Assembly (NCBI GenBank): GCA_041663005.1
Contig: JBAZRK010000002.1
Coordinates: forward strand, 64,740-128,739
Length of the DNA: 64,000 bases
Direction of reading: 5' to 3'
DNA from: Minisyncoccota bacterium
GTDB lineage: Bacteria > Patescibacteriota > Minisyncoccia > Phycocordibacterales > UBA9973
Both the position numbers and the translations under genes were made by a program. Shown piece after piece: positions 19,747 through 28,715 of this stretch (the first letter of the stretch is position 1; the number at the start of each line of letters is the position of its first letter). The notes beneath the pieces were generated by a model that did no database searches, was not told where the DNA came from, and saw only the letters and a program-made list of their open reading frames with translations.

Positions 19747-20313
19747 TTAGTATTTCCTAATGACCGCTTTGACGACAGCGGTAATATTTAAAGAGTGCTC
19801 GGGATATATCGGCTTGTAGTTTTTGTTCGCTGGTTCGAGCCAGGCTTTCTCTCCTTTTTTTCTCAAATATTTCATTGTGAACTCGCCATCGACTTCCGCA
19901 ATGACGATGTCGCCATCTTTAGCAGAACTACACTTCTCGACGAGCACCATATCCCCTTTCTCGATGTGGGCGTCTATCATCGAGTCGCCGTCTACTTCAA
20001 GCATATAGGTAAGCGGTTTGTTTTTTATTAAAAGGTCGTCCAAGTTCACAGTATCGGCAAGTTCTTCTTCCACGGTTGCAGGAAAACCGGCGGTTACAAA
20101 TCCAAGCATCGGGACTTCGCCAAATGTTTGAGAAGGCACGAGCCTGCCCAGGTGGTCCTTGGCAACTATACCTGTCTCTATGAGCTTCTCGACAACTTTG
20201 AAAACGGCGTTCTTGGATTTGAAACCGAAAAGTCGGAGCATCTCGGAGTACGTAGGCATCCGTTTATTTTCGCCGTAAAAAGTTTCTAGTTTTACCTGGT
20301 AGGTGTTCTTCAT
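19747..20313 (-). CDS. lexA: LexA-family repressor (HTH + S24 peptidase)
   Basis: MPTYSEM..FGFKS HTH, AG cleavage site (TAGFP), GDSM Ser, TMK Lys. Confidence 0.85.
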   Translation of the reverse strand: MKNTYQVKLETFYGENKRMPTYSEMLRLFGFKSKNAVFKVVEKLIETGIVAKDHLGRLVPSQTFGEVPMLGFVTAGFPATVEEELADTVNLDDLLIKNKPLTYMLEVDGDSMIDAHIEKGDMVLVEKCSSAKDGDIVIAEVDGEFTMKYLRKKGEKAWLEPANKNYKPIYPEHSLNITAVVKAVIRKY

Positions 20314-20514
20314 TTAGAAAGAAAATTGAGCCAACGTTGGAAAAAATTTCCGTAAAAAGTTGCTTCGGCTATGGTAGCGAACCTTCTTGAGCAAGAGCTT
20401 ATGCTCACGAGCTTCCTTGGCATAGTTTCTGCCCTCCATTATTTTGAGGTCAATTCTTTTATTGATTCTTTGAATTTCCCTCTCTAACATTTTTAAATAT
20501 TGCGCCTGACTCAT
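20314..20514 (-). CDS. Small basic hypothetical protein, first gene of lexA operon
   Basis: ATG start, stop abuts lexA ATG, downstream of consensus promoter. Confidence 0.7.
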   Translation of the reverse strand: MSQAQYLKMLEREIQRINKRIDLKIMEGRNYAKEAREHKLLLKKVRYHSRSNFLRKFFPTLAQFSF

Positions 20515-20582
20515 ACTATTTAGACTCTAGGGTATTAGGCTTTCGCCTAGTTGCCTAGCGCCTGGCTACTTATAACATTATT

Positions 20583-20611
20583 AGTATAAGTGAACGAGCG
20601 TTCACTGTCAA
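20583..20611 (-). promoter_or_regulatory. Sigma70 promoter with SOS-box-like palindrome in spacer
   Basis: TTGACA-gtgaacgctcgttcact-TATACT; palindrome AGTGAAC-gagc-GTTCACT 20589-20606; perfect DnaA box at 20621-20629. Confidence 0.8.
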
Positions 20612-20629
20612 TCAGTCCCCTGTGGATAA

Positions 20630-22201
20630 CTAGCTATTCACCTTTGGCCTATATTGTATTGCTTCTAGGATGTGGTTCGCTTCTACGTTTGGGGAATTTT
20701 CGAGGTCAGCGATAGTGCGAGCAATTTTAAGCACGCGGTGATACGCCCTGGCAGAGAGCCCTAAGCGCTCAGCACTGTCGTCTAGGAGCTCTCGCACTTC
20801 TTTGGTAAGTTTAACCAAATTTCCCAAGTCCTTCACACTCATTTCGCTGTTGGTGGAGAGCTTTTTCCCAGACTGGAGAGACACCGCGCCTTCCCTAAAC
20901 CTATCTTCTTGAATTTTTCTGGCTCTTGCCACTCTTTCTTTGATGCGCTCGCTCCGTTCGCCTGTCCCCTCGCCTCCCAGCTTTTTATAATCCACGTTCC
21001 CGACAGAAACCCATAAATCAATACGGTCGATAATGGGACCCGATAGTTTTCTTTTGTATCTGTCTAAGTCGGACGGTTTACAAATACAGGCTTTTTGTTT
21101 GTTTCCAGAATTTCCGCACGGGCACGGGTTCATCGCCGCGATTAAAATAAAATTTGAAGGGAAAATTGCGGTACCTTTCGCCCGCGAAATGGAAACAATG
21201 TTGTCCTCGAGTGGCTGACGGAGGGATTCAATAACTCTTTTCTCAAATTCAGGAAATTCGTCCAGGAAAAGCACCCCGCGGTGCGCTAGCGTCACTTCTC
21301 CCGGCTTGGGATAAGTTCCGCCACCTATTATCGACACATATGAAGATGTATGGTGTGGCGCCCGGAAGGGCGGTGCGGAAACGAGTGCGCCTTGCGCGAC
21401 ACCCGCGACAGAGTGAATTCCTGTAATTTCTAAAATTTCATCCAGCGCGAGGTCAGGTAGAATTTGTGAAAAGGCCCGAGCAAGCATTGTCTTGCCTGTG
21501 CCCGGCGGTCCGTACATAGCTATGTTGTGGCCGCCCGCAGCGGCAATTTCAAGCCCGCGCTTGGCTCCCTCCTGCCCGCGAATGTCCGAGAAGTCGGCGC
21601 CTTTGATTTCTTTTTTATAATGTATCTTCGTTTGTGGGTGAGCTAGAATTTTTTTCGCCTGCTTGTCTTTTTCTGGCTTTTTAATTTGGTCTAAATGCTC
21701 CACCACTTCAGTCAAACTCCTGGCGGGAAAAATTTTTATCCCTTCTACGAGCGCCGCTTCCTCAGCATTTTCTTCCGGCAAATATATTTCTTCGAAGCCC
21801 ATTCTCTTCGCCTCTTGCGCTAGGGGTAACGCCCCGCGAATGCGCCGCAAGGTGCCGTCGAGGCCAAGCTCACCTAAGAAAATCTTTTTCTCAGAATCAA
21901 ATTTAATATCTCCGGCCGCCTTCATATAAGCAAGCGCTATGGAGAGATCAAAAAACGGCCCCTCCTTTTTAAGGTCGGCCGGCGACAAAGAAACTATTAT
22001 TTTTTGATTACTGGCTTTCGGTGATTTAAATCCGGAATTTTTAATTGCGCCACTCACGCGATCCTTAGATTCATCCACCGCCTTGTCAGGCAAACCAACA
22101 ACAGAAAAAGTATGCAACCCCCGAGAAAGGTCGACTTCAATGGTAACAATAGCTCCTGAGAGAAGATTTACTTGCGCTGAATATACTTTAGCAAAAGACA
22201 T
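20630..22201 (-). CDS. comM: ComM/YifB Mg-chelatase-like AAA+ ATPase
   Basis: VGLPD, GPPGTGKT, FRAPHH, FLDEFPEF, NPCPCG. Confidence 0.95.
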   Translation of the reverse strand: MSFAKVYSAQVNLLSGAIVTIEVDLSRGLHTFSVVGLPDKAVDESKDRVSGAIKNSGFKSPKASNQKIIVSLSPADLKKEGPFFDLSIALAYMKAAGDIKFDSEKKIFLGELGLDGTLRRIRGALPLAQEAKRMGFEEIYLPEENAEEAALVEGIKIFPARSLTEVVEHLDQIKKPEKDKQAKKILAHPQTKIHYKKEIKGADFSDIRGQEGAKRGLEIAAAGGHNIAMYGPPGTGKTMLARAFSQILPDLALDEILEITGIHSVAGVAQGALVSAPPFRAPHHTSSYVSIIGGGTYPKPGEVTLAHRGVLFLDEFPEFEKRVIESLRQPLEDNIVSISRAKGTAIFPSNFILIAAMNPCPCGNSGNKQKACICKPSDLDRYKRKLSGPIIDRIDLWVSVGNVDYKKLGGEGTGERSERIKERVARARKIQEDRFREGAVSLQSGKKLSTNSEMSVKDLGNLVKLTKEVRELLDDSAERLGLSARAYHRVLKIARTIADLENSPNVEANHILEAIQYRPKVNS

Positions 22202-22222
22202 AAATAATTTAAGTTTTTAAAT

Positions 22223-23167
22223 CTAAGTAATTTTTTCTAGTTCTTCTCTGTTCCTAGGAAAATTTATCCCTTTTTCTTCCAAAACAGCGTACAGGGCGTC
22301 TACCGTTCCTCCGCTAGCCCCAAAAGCTTTACTTAAATCTTCGATATCTTTTAGGTTGAATTTATCTAAAATTCGACGCATAAGTCGGGCTAGCTCTTGC
22401 CCATCGTCCAACATCCAGGTGGGCAATAATTCTGAAAGCTCATTTTCTAAAATAGCTTTGGCTAACAATTCATCTTCTATTTCTTTGCCAAGTTGAGCTG
22501 TTCTTATGACTTCGTCTGCGTTACTAAATATCTCGAGGTTTGCGTTGTATTCCCGAGAAACTTCAAGACCATCTTTCTGCATATTTTGGAAAAGAGTCGA
22601 GTGCCCCGCACCCATAGTCATCAATACTTTCAGTTTCTTTTCTTTAAGTTTGGGATTTCCCCGTAGAAGTTCTGTTAATTTCTTTTCTAGATTGCTTCTT
22701 ATAAAACCCTCCCGCTTGTTTTGTATTTGGCCAATTTTCTCTACTGCTTTTCTGGCAATATTTAAAGCACTTTTAAAGTCCCCTCTCAAAAATGCATTAG
22801 TTGCAAGATACATACCGAGGAAACCCCCCCTTTCTTCTACTTCCCCTTTTTGCACATCTGCCAGAATCACTATCTTGTGGCTATTTTGTAAAACCCTAAG
22901 TTTTTCCCTAAAGCTGGGCGGTACCCGATTCATGTATGCTTCATCATCTGGGGTAATTTCTCCATTAGAAACCCTCTGCAGAAATTCTTGCATGCCCGGT
23001 TTATACTCAGCCCACTCCGGGACATAAACATCACAATCATCTAATAGTAATCTTAGTTTTCTGGAATCGGCAACAAAATAGTGAGATGCAAAATAAATAT
23101 TAAAAGACACATCGGGAAATTTTTCTTTTTTCTTGCTATCTACCCGCTCAATGGGAAAATTATTCAC
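22223..23167 (-). CDS. Hypothetical protein
   Basis: 314-aa ORF with coding-like composition; MGAGH motif. Confidence 0.7.
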   Translation of the reverse strand: MNNFPIERVDSKKKEKFPDVSFNIYFASHYFVADSRKLRLLLDDCDVYVPEWAEYKPGMQEFLQRVSNGEITPDDEAYMNRVPPSFREKLRVLQNSHKIVILADVQKGEVEERGGFLGMYLATNAFLRGDFKSALNIARKAVEKIGQIQNKREGFIRSNLEKKLTELLRGNPKLKEKKLKVLMTMGAGHSTLFQNMQKDGLEVSREYNANLEIFSNADEVIRTAQLGKEIEDELLAKAILENELSELLPTWMLDDGQELARLMRRILDKFNLKDIEDLSKAFGASGGTVDALYAVLEEKGINFPRNREELEKIT

Positions 23168-23243
23168 AATATCTAATTGTATCGCAGGAAAATGATAACC
23201 TCAACCATCCCCTAACGACGTTAGAGTACAACCTTTTGGGGCA

Positions 23244-23597
23244 TTACTCTTCTAAATGTTTCTTGCAGGTCCTAGCGGCCGGATTGGCTTCCAGGCGCGC
23301 TGCCTCGATATCTTTTTTGCAAATTTTGCATTTTCCGAATGTGTCCTTATTTACAGCTTTGAGAGCTTTGAGAATATCGCGGAGTCGTGGCTCAAGGGTG
23401 CGCATCATAGAACTCCTGGCTTCGAAATCTTCGAAGCGGTCCGCCATATCATTCTGGTCTGTTTCGGGAAAATCGAGCGCCTCGGGCGTAGTTTCCCAAT
23501 CCCCCGTCTCTGGGTTTAGCTTCCCCATATCTTTCATCTGCTCCAAGAGCTTCTCTTTTTCTTTTTCAAGATTTTCTTTTATTTTTTTCTTATCCAT
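23244..23597 (-). CDS. DksA/TraR-family zinc-finger protein (probable start ATG 23597)
   Basis: Coiled coil with DxxDxA tip (DQNDMA), GKCKIC..I...RLEANP.A.TC..H. Confidence 0.85.
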   Translation of the reverse strand: MDKKKIKENLEKEKEKLLEQMKDMGKLNPETGDWETTPEALDFPETDQNDMADRFEDFEARSSMMRTLEPRLRDILKALKAVNKDTFGKCKICKKDIEAARLEANPAARTCKKHLEE

Positions 23598-23635
23598 TAT
23601 GCCCAAATGATACCATTTTAATTATCCATAGCAAG

Positions 23636-23669
23636 CCCCCACACCTACTTTTTTAAGTAGGTGTGGGGG
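23636..23669. mobile_element. Empty (MITE-like) copy with the GIY-YIG element ends
   Basis: cccccacacctac-ttttttaa-gtaggtgtggggg, CAAG on both sides; 11-bp ends identical to those of 749-1077. Confidence 0.75.
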
Positions 23670-23695
23670 CAAGTATCGTATGATATACTGGTCCT

Positions 23696-24790
23696 ATGTT
23701 TTACAAGCACAACGATACTTATACCGTAGAGAGCGTTACTTCTGGGCACCCGGACAAAATCTGTGACCAGGTCTCGGACGCTATTTTAGATGCCTATTTA
23801 ACCGTAGATTCTAAGGCTCGCGTCGCTGTTGAGACCTTCGGCGGCCACGGCAAGCTCACCATCGGCGGCGAAATCACGTCCACTGGCAAGGTTGACTACG
23901 TGCAGATTGCACGGGACGTTTACAAGAAAATAGGATACGAAGATAACCTAGAAATCTCTGCCCACCTGGTAACACAATCCCCTGACATTGCGATGGGTGT
24001 CGACAGTGGCGGCGCCGGTGACCAAGGCATAATGTACGGCTTTGCCACTGATGAAACTCCGGAATTTTTGCCAAAGGGCGTTGTCCTCGTGCACAAACTT
24101 GCAAAACGTTTAGAAGAAGCGCGAAAATCTGGAGAAATTAAATGGCTACGCCCAGACGGCAAGACTCAAGCAACATATGCAGACGGGAAATTGCATACAG
24201 TATTAGTAAGCACTCAGCATGCCTTAGAAACCCCGACGCCAGAAGGGGTCGGGGTCCCGACCACAAGCGTCGGGATTAAAAAAGAAATCACCGAGAAAGT
24301 TATTTATCCGTTACTTTCTGAAACAGAAAAACAAACTGTGAAAATACTTGTAAACCCCACAGGTCAATTTATCCAAGGCGGATTCGAAGCCGACACAGGA
24401 TTAACGGGTAGAAAAATAATGGTAGACACTTACGGCGGAATAATTCCCCACGGCGGCGGATGTTTCTCAGGAAAGGACGCCACGAAGGTTGACCGCTCTG
24501 GCGCGTATATGGCGCGATTCGTAGCCAAGAACTTGGTTGCTAATGGCTACGGCAAGGACGTTCTCGTCTCCGTAGCGTACGCAATTGGTATGGCAGAGCC
24601 TTTGATGGTTGAAGCCATTAATGAAAAGGGCGAGGACCTTTCAGAAATTGTAAAAAGGAATTTCGATTTCCGCCCGCAGGCCATAATAGAGCGCCTAGGT
24701 TTACGCGCTCCAATTTTCAGCCAGACTGCCGCCTACGGCCACTTCGGTAAAGTTGATTTGCCTTGGGAAAAAATAGAAAAAATTGTGTAA
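23696..24790 (+). CDS. metK: S-adenosylmethionine synthetase
   Basis: ESVTSGHPDK, GAGDQG, GGGCFSGKD, YGHFG. Confidence 0.97.
   Translation: MFYKHNDTYTVESVTSGHPDKICDQVSDAILDAYLTVDSKARVAVETFGGHGKLTIGGEITSTGKVDYVQIARDVYKKIGYEDNLEISAHLVTQSPDIAMGVDSGGAGDQGIMYGFATDETPEFLPKGVVLVHKLAKRLEEARKSGEIKWLRPDGKTQATYADGKLHTVLVSTQHALETPTPEGVGVPTTSVGIKKEITEKVIYPLLSETEKQTVKILVNPTGQFIQGGFEADTGLTGRKIMVDTYGGIIPHGGGCFSGKDATKVDRSGAYMARFVAKNLVANGYGKDVLVSVAYAIGMAEPLMVEAINEKGEDLSEIVKRNFDFRPQAIIERLGLRAPIFSQTAAYGHFGKVDLPWEKIEKIV
24231..24275. repeat. Family A element in frame inside metK
   Basis: ccccgacgccagaaggggtcggggtcccgaccacaagcgtcggga, read as TPTPEGVGVPTTSVG. Confidence 0.85.
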
Positions 24791-24845
24791 GCACGTATGT
24801 ACGTAATAGATTACGTAATTCATTACGTAATGATATACTAGCTTT

Positions 24846-25760
24846 ATGACCTGGTTTTTTATTGCCCTAGGTTCGGTATTTCTTTGGAGCATCGTAACTT
24901 ATCTCGATAAGTTTATTATCGAGCGTTTTATAAAAAACAGAGGGGTGGGATCTCTGATTTTATTTTCTGCCTTATTTGCAGGAGTTGTCATCCCAATAAT
25001 AGCTGTGATAAATCCGCGGGTTTTACTTATATCCTCTATGGATATTTGTTTGTTAGGCTTAAGCGGAATTTTAGGGTCTCTGGCAATAATTTTCTATCTG
25101 CATGCTCTGGAATACGAAGATACTTCTTTGGTAATTCCTTTATTTCAGTTAATACCCGTCTTTTCTTACGTTTTAGCCTACATTTTTCTCCGGGAAACCT
25201 TGTCGGGTAAGCAAATAGTCGCAGGCCTTATTGTGGTCATCGGAGCAATAATACTTACTTTGGACATAGAAGAAGACAAGAAAATCAAAGTAAAAATGAA
25301 ACCTTTGCTTCTGATGGGTTTTTCCAGTTTGGCTTTTTCTCTTATGGATGTACTTTATAAGTTCGTATCCGTAGACCAGGACTTTTGGCTAACCCAGTTT
25401 TGGCATTATGTAGGCCTTTTTATCTTTGGCATAATACTGTATTTGTGTGTTAAAAATTACCGTCAAGAGTTTCATAGAGTAATCAAATCTTCTCCCCTGT
25501 CTGTGGTCGGTGCAAATGTAGGGGGAGAAATTTTACAGGTTGCTGCAAATATGATGAATAACTTTGCGCTACTTTTAGCGCCAGTGGTGCTGGTTACCCT
25601 CGTTAGTAGTTATATGCCCTTGATAGTGTTCGTGATGGGGCTGATTTTTACTCTAACAATTCCGAGATTTATTACCGAAAAAGTTTCCAGGAAACATATT
25701 CTACATAAATCCTTAGCAATCAGTATCGTTGTCATAGGCAGTATTTTATTGTATACTTAG
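24846..25760 (+). CDS. EamA/DMT-family transporter
   Basis: About 10 TM helices in two repeats, FLRETL motif. Confidence 0.85.
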   Translation: MTWFFIALGSVFLWSIVTYLDKFIIERFIKNRGVGSLILFSALFAGVVIPIIAVINPRVLLISSMDICLLGLSGILGSLAIIFYLHALEYEDTSLVIPLFQLIPVFSYVLAYIFLRETLSGKQIVAGLIVVIGAIILTLDIEEDKKIKVKMKPLLLMGFSSLAFSLMDVLYKFVSVDQDFWLTQFWHYVGLFIFGIILYLCVKNYRQEFHRVIKSSPLSVVGANVGGEILQVAANMMNNFALLLAPVVLVTLVSSYMPLIVFVMGLIFTLTIPRFITEKVSRKHILHKSLAISIVVIGSILLYT

Positions 25761-25780
25761 AAAGTTGTGCCAACGATAAT

Positions 25781-26827
25781 ATGATAAATAAATTTTTTCG
25801 TAAGAAGGTTGAAAATATTGAAGTTAAAGAAAGGAAGCTCGCGGAGTTGGTTGATTTGATGGCAGAAACAGGATTTCAGGGGAAAAAACTTGGTGAAGTT
25901 GCAAAAATTTGGCTGAAAATGATCGAAGACCCGGAAGTAACAATCATTATGGGCTTCGCAGGATCAATGAGCACAACTGGTCAGTCAAATATTATTAACT
26001 GGCTGATTGAAAATAGATACATTGATATTTTAGTGTCTACTGGGGCCAACATCGCCGAAGATATAATTCTGGGAATGGGCTACAGTTATTGGCAGGGTTC
26101 CGCTACTGCAAACGACATGGACCTGCTCAAAAACAACATAAACAGATATTACGATGTTTACGGTGAGGATGCCGAATATTCCGAAATGATAAAGCTCATT
26201 GCGGAATTTTACAAGGAATGTGACTCGTCTAAAAACTTTTCATCTAGATCTCTCTTGAAAGATTTCGGCGATTGGCTGAATAAAAAGGATATAAAGTGCA
26301 TTGTGTCGACGGCTGCTAAAAATGGTGTCCCGATATTTTGTCCAGCCATTGTGGACAGCCCTTATGGTGACGCGGCACTCTTGGCGCAGAGAGAAGGCAA
26401 AAAAATTGTCATAGACCAAGTGCTAGACTTTACAGAATGGATAAAGATGGGTGAAGATTTCAAAAAAAGTGGAGTTATTTACATTGGTGGCGGAGTCCCT
26501 AAAGATTTTATACAAATCTCTGCAGTATCTTCTGCCTTACTTTACGAGGAGAATAAACAAGGAAAGAGGGGTGGCGCTCAATACCGAGAACAAAGTGGAG
26601 AATATTTTTATCCCCATAATTATGCAATTCAAATAACTACTGACTCTCCGCAATGGGGTGGTCTTTCGGGTTGCACATTTGAAGAGGCAAGCAGCTGGGG
26701 CAAGGAAACAGTGGATGGAGACAATGCGATTTGCTACTGCGATGCCACCATCGCGCTGCCCTTAGTAAGCCATTACCTTAAAGACAAAGCTTCAAAAAGG
26801 AAAAATGCCCCTGAGTTCCCTTTTTAA
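25781..26827 (+). CDS. Deoxyhypusine synthase-like protein
   Basis: TGFQG, STGAN, GGGVPKD, GGLSGCT.EEASSWGK, DATIALP. Confidence 0.9.
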   Translation: MINKFFRKKVENIEVKERKLAELVDLMAETGFQGKKLGEVAKIWLKMIEDPEVTIIMGFAGSMSTTGQSNIINWLIENRYIDILVSTGANIAEDIILGMGYSYWQGSATANDMDLLKNNINRYYDVYGEDAEYSEMIKLIAEFYKECDSSKNFSSRSLLKDFGDWLNKKDIKCIVSTAAKNGVPIFCPAIVDSPYGDAALLAQREGKKIVIDQVLDFTEWIKMGEDFKKSGVIYIGGGVPKDFIQISAVSSALLYEENKQGKRGGAQYREQSGEYFYPHNYAIQITTDSPQWGGLSGCTFEEASSWGKETVDGDNAICYCDATIALPLVSHYLKDKASKRKNAPEFPF

Positions 26828-26842
26828 AAATCGAAAATATTC

Positions 26843-28603
26843 ATGAATAAAAAAATTGTGTCGCGAGCAAGAATAATAAATTATTTATTTTTAGTAGCAA
26901 TACTTTCCATCTCGGTATTTTTTTACAGAATTCATATCGCCAAAGATTTTTCCCTAGAAAATAACCCTTACACCGAGACTGAAACACCTTATTGTGATGT
27001 TGCCGATTCTACGTTGCTAATTTTTTCCCCCGATGTGCCAAGTTTGTACTATTATTCTCACGGTTTAGCCTTTATTTTATCGTTAGTGGTAGGGTTTTTG
27101 TTACTAAGAGCTCAAAAAGGCTCCAATAGGTCCAGGCTATTTTTGGCAATGATGATTCTGTTTTGCCTTTGGTTAGTGCTGGACTTAATCCAGTGGGCAA
27201 CAGCCGATCCAGTTTTAATGCTTTATCTCTGGGGAGTCGCTGTCGTGCTTGAAGTATTGTTTTTTGGCATAGCTTTGTTCATAGCCAAACAATCTAGCGA
27301 GGCTTCGGAGATACCTTCTTGGATGATACGTTCTGTGTCATTTTTAGCTGGCGCCGTGATGTTATTTATCCCTTCAACCTTCGGCCTAATTGGCGTAGAT
27401 ATGGAAACCTGTGAGGTGATAGAAGGCGTAATGTCAAAATATCTCGTATATATCTATGAATTTTTGTGCCTTCTCTTTATAATTCACCTGGCTTTCAAGA
27501 GTAGGAAGAATGCTCCACCCAAAGAAGGGAGTGGAAACACTTTATTCTTATTAAGTATTGTATTGTTCCTGGTATTGTTTTTTGCGGGCAATTTATATGG
27601 CAGTCTTTCGGAAAATTGGATTCCTTCTCAGTATGGACTTATTGGGATGCCTATTTTTGTCCTCGTCTTGAGTTATTTGATACAAAAATATGATTTTTCC
27701 TCAGCTAAAGTTCTCTTAGCTCAGTTTTTAGTGTTGGCACTTCTCTGTTTTACCGTAGCAACTCTATTCGTACGTAAAATTGAAAATGTAAGAATTGTGG
27801 TTATTTTTACCGCGTTGTTTGTTGTTGTCCTAGGATATTCTCTTATTAAATCAGTAAAAAAAGAAATTGCGCAAAGGGAACAACTAACGAAACTCAATCA
27901 AGACTTGCAGGAATCTATCAAGCAGCGCGAGAGCCTCGTGCACTTGGTAACACATAAGGTTAAGGGCTCCTTCACCCGCACGAAATTTATTTTCGCGGGA
28001 ATACTTGATGGTACCTTCGGAAAGATTACTCCCGAAATTAAAAAAATTGCTGAACAAGGTATGGAGTTCGACCAAGGAGGTCTTGAGACTGTGGACCTGG
28101 TGCTTAATGTTGCCAACCTAGAAAAAGGTATCATTAAGTACGATATGAAAGTCGTAAACTTCCGTGAACTTTTGGAAAAAACTTTATCAGAAAAGCGCGG
28201 TGCTATTGAAGCAAAGGGCTTGAAACTCGAAGCCAATATCGCAGACGGCAAATATGATGTCACCGGGGACGCTATCTGGCTCAAGGAAGTAATCCATAAT
28301 CTTTTAGAAAACTCTACTAAGTACACCCGCCAAGGCGCCATCTCCGTAAACTTGGAAAACAAAGGGGAGAAGCTGCTTCTCACTGTTAAAGACACCGGGG
28401 TGGGTATCAGCGCCGAAGATGAGAAAAACCTGTTCACTGAAGGCGGCCGCGGTAAGGAATCCATCAAAATCAATGTCGATTCTACGGGATACGGACTTTA
28501 CTCTGTTAAGTTAATTATAGACGCACACAAAGGCCGAGTCTGGGAACACTCTGAAGGAATAAATAAAGGCTCTCAATTCTACGTCGAGCTTCCTGTTGTC
28601 TAA
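26843..28603 (+). CDS. Multi-TM sensor histidine kinase (orphan in window)
   Basis: About 9 TM helices, H-box VTHKVKGS, NLLENSTKYT, DTGVG, TGYGL. Confidence 0.88.
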   Translation: MNKKIVSRARIINYLFLVAILSISVFFYRIHIAKDFSLENNPYTETETPYCDVADSTLLIFSPDVPSLYYYSHGLAFILSLVVGFLLLRAQKGSNRSRLFLAMMILFCLWLVLDLIQWATADPVLMLYLWGVAVVLEVLFFGIALFIAKQSSEASEIPSWMIRSVSFLAGAVMLFIPSTFGLIGVDMETCEVIEGVMSKYLVYIYEFLCLLFIIHLAFKSRKNAPPKEGSGNTLFLLSIVLFLVLFFAGNLYGSLSENWIPSQYGLIGMPIFVLVLSYLIQKYDFSSAKVLLAQFLVLALLCFTVATLFVRKIENVRIVVIFTALFVVVLGYSLIKSVKKEIAQREQLTKLNQDLQESIKQRESLVHLVTHKVKGSFTRTKFIFAGILDGTFGKITPEIKKIAEQGMEFDQGGLETVDLVLNVANLEKGIIKYDMKVVNFRELLEKTLSEKRGAIEAKGLKLEANIADGKYDVTGDAIWLKEVIHNLLENSTKYTRQGAISVNLENKGEKLLLTVKDTGVGISAEDEKNLFTEGGRGKESIKINVDSTGYGLYSVKLIIDAHKGRVWEHSEGINKGSQFYVELPVV

Positions 28604-28604
28604 A

Positions 28605-28712
28605 AAACAAAGAGTTTAACATTTTAAGGGGTTTTGAGGCTGACGAGCCGAAAACTTCAGGATTTTTTAGACTTCAAAAAATCCGTACCTAAAAATATTA
28701 AACTCTTTGTTT
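28605..28712. repeat. 108-bp element with 25-bp inverted ends and two internal hairpins
   Basis: aaacaaagagtttaacattttaagg / cctaaaaatattaaactctttgttt (2 mismatches). Confidence 0.7.
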
Positions 28713-28715
28713 CCC

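Noticed and set aside
20875-20896. Degenerate REP-like hairpin in comM (REGAVSL)
   Set aside because: Pairing is too imperfect to call; possibly a decayed element.
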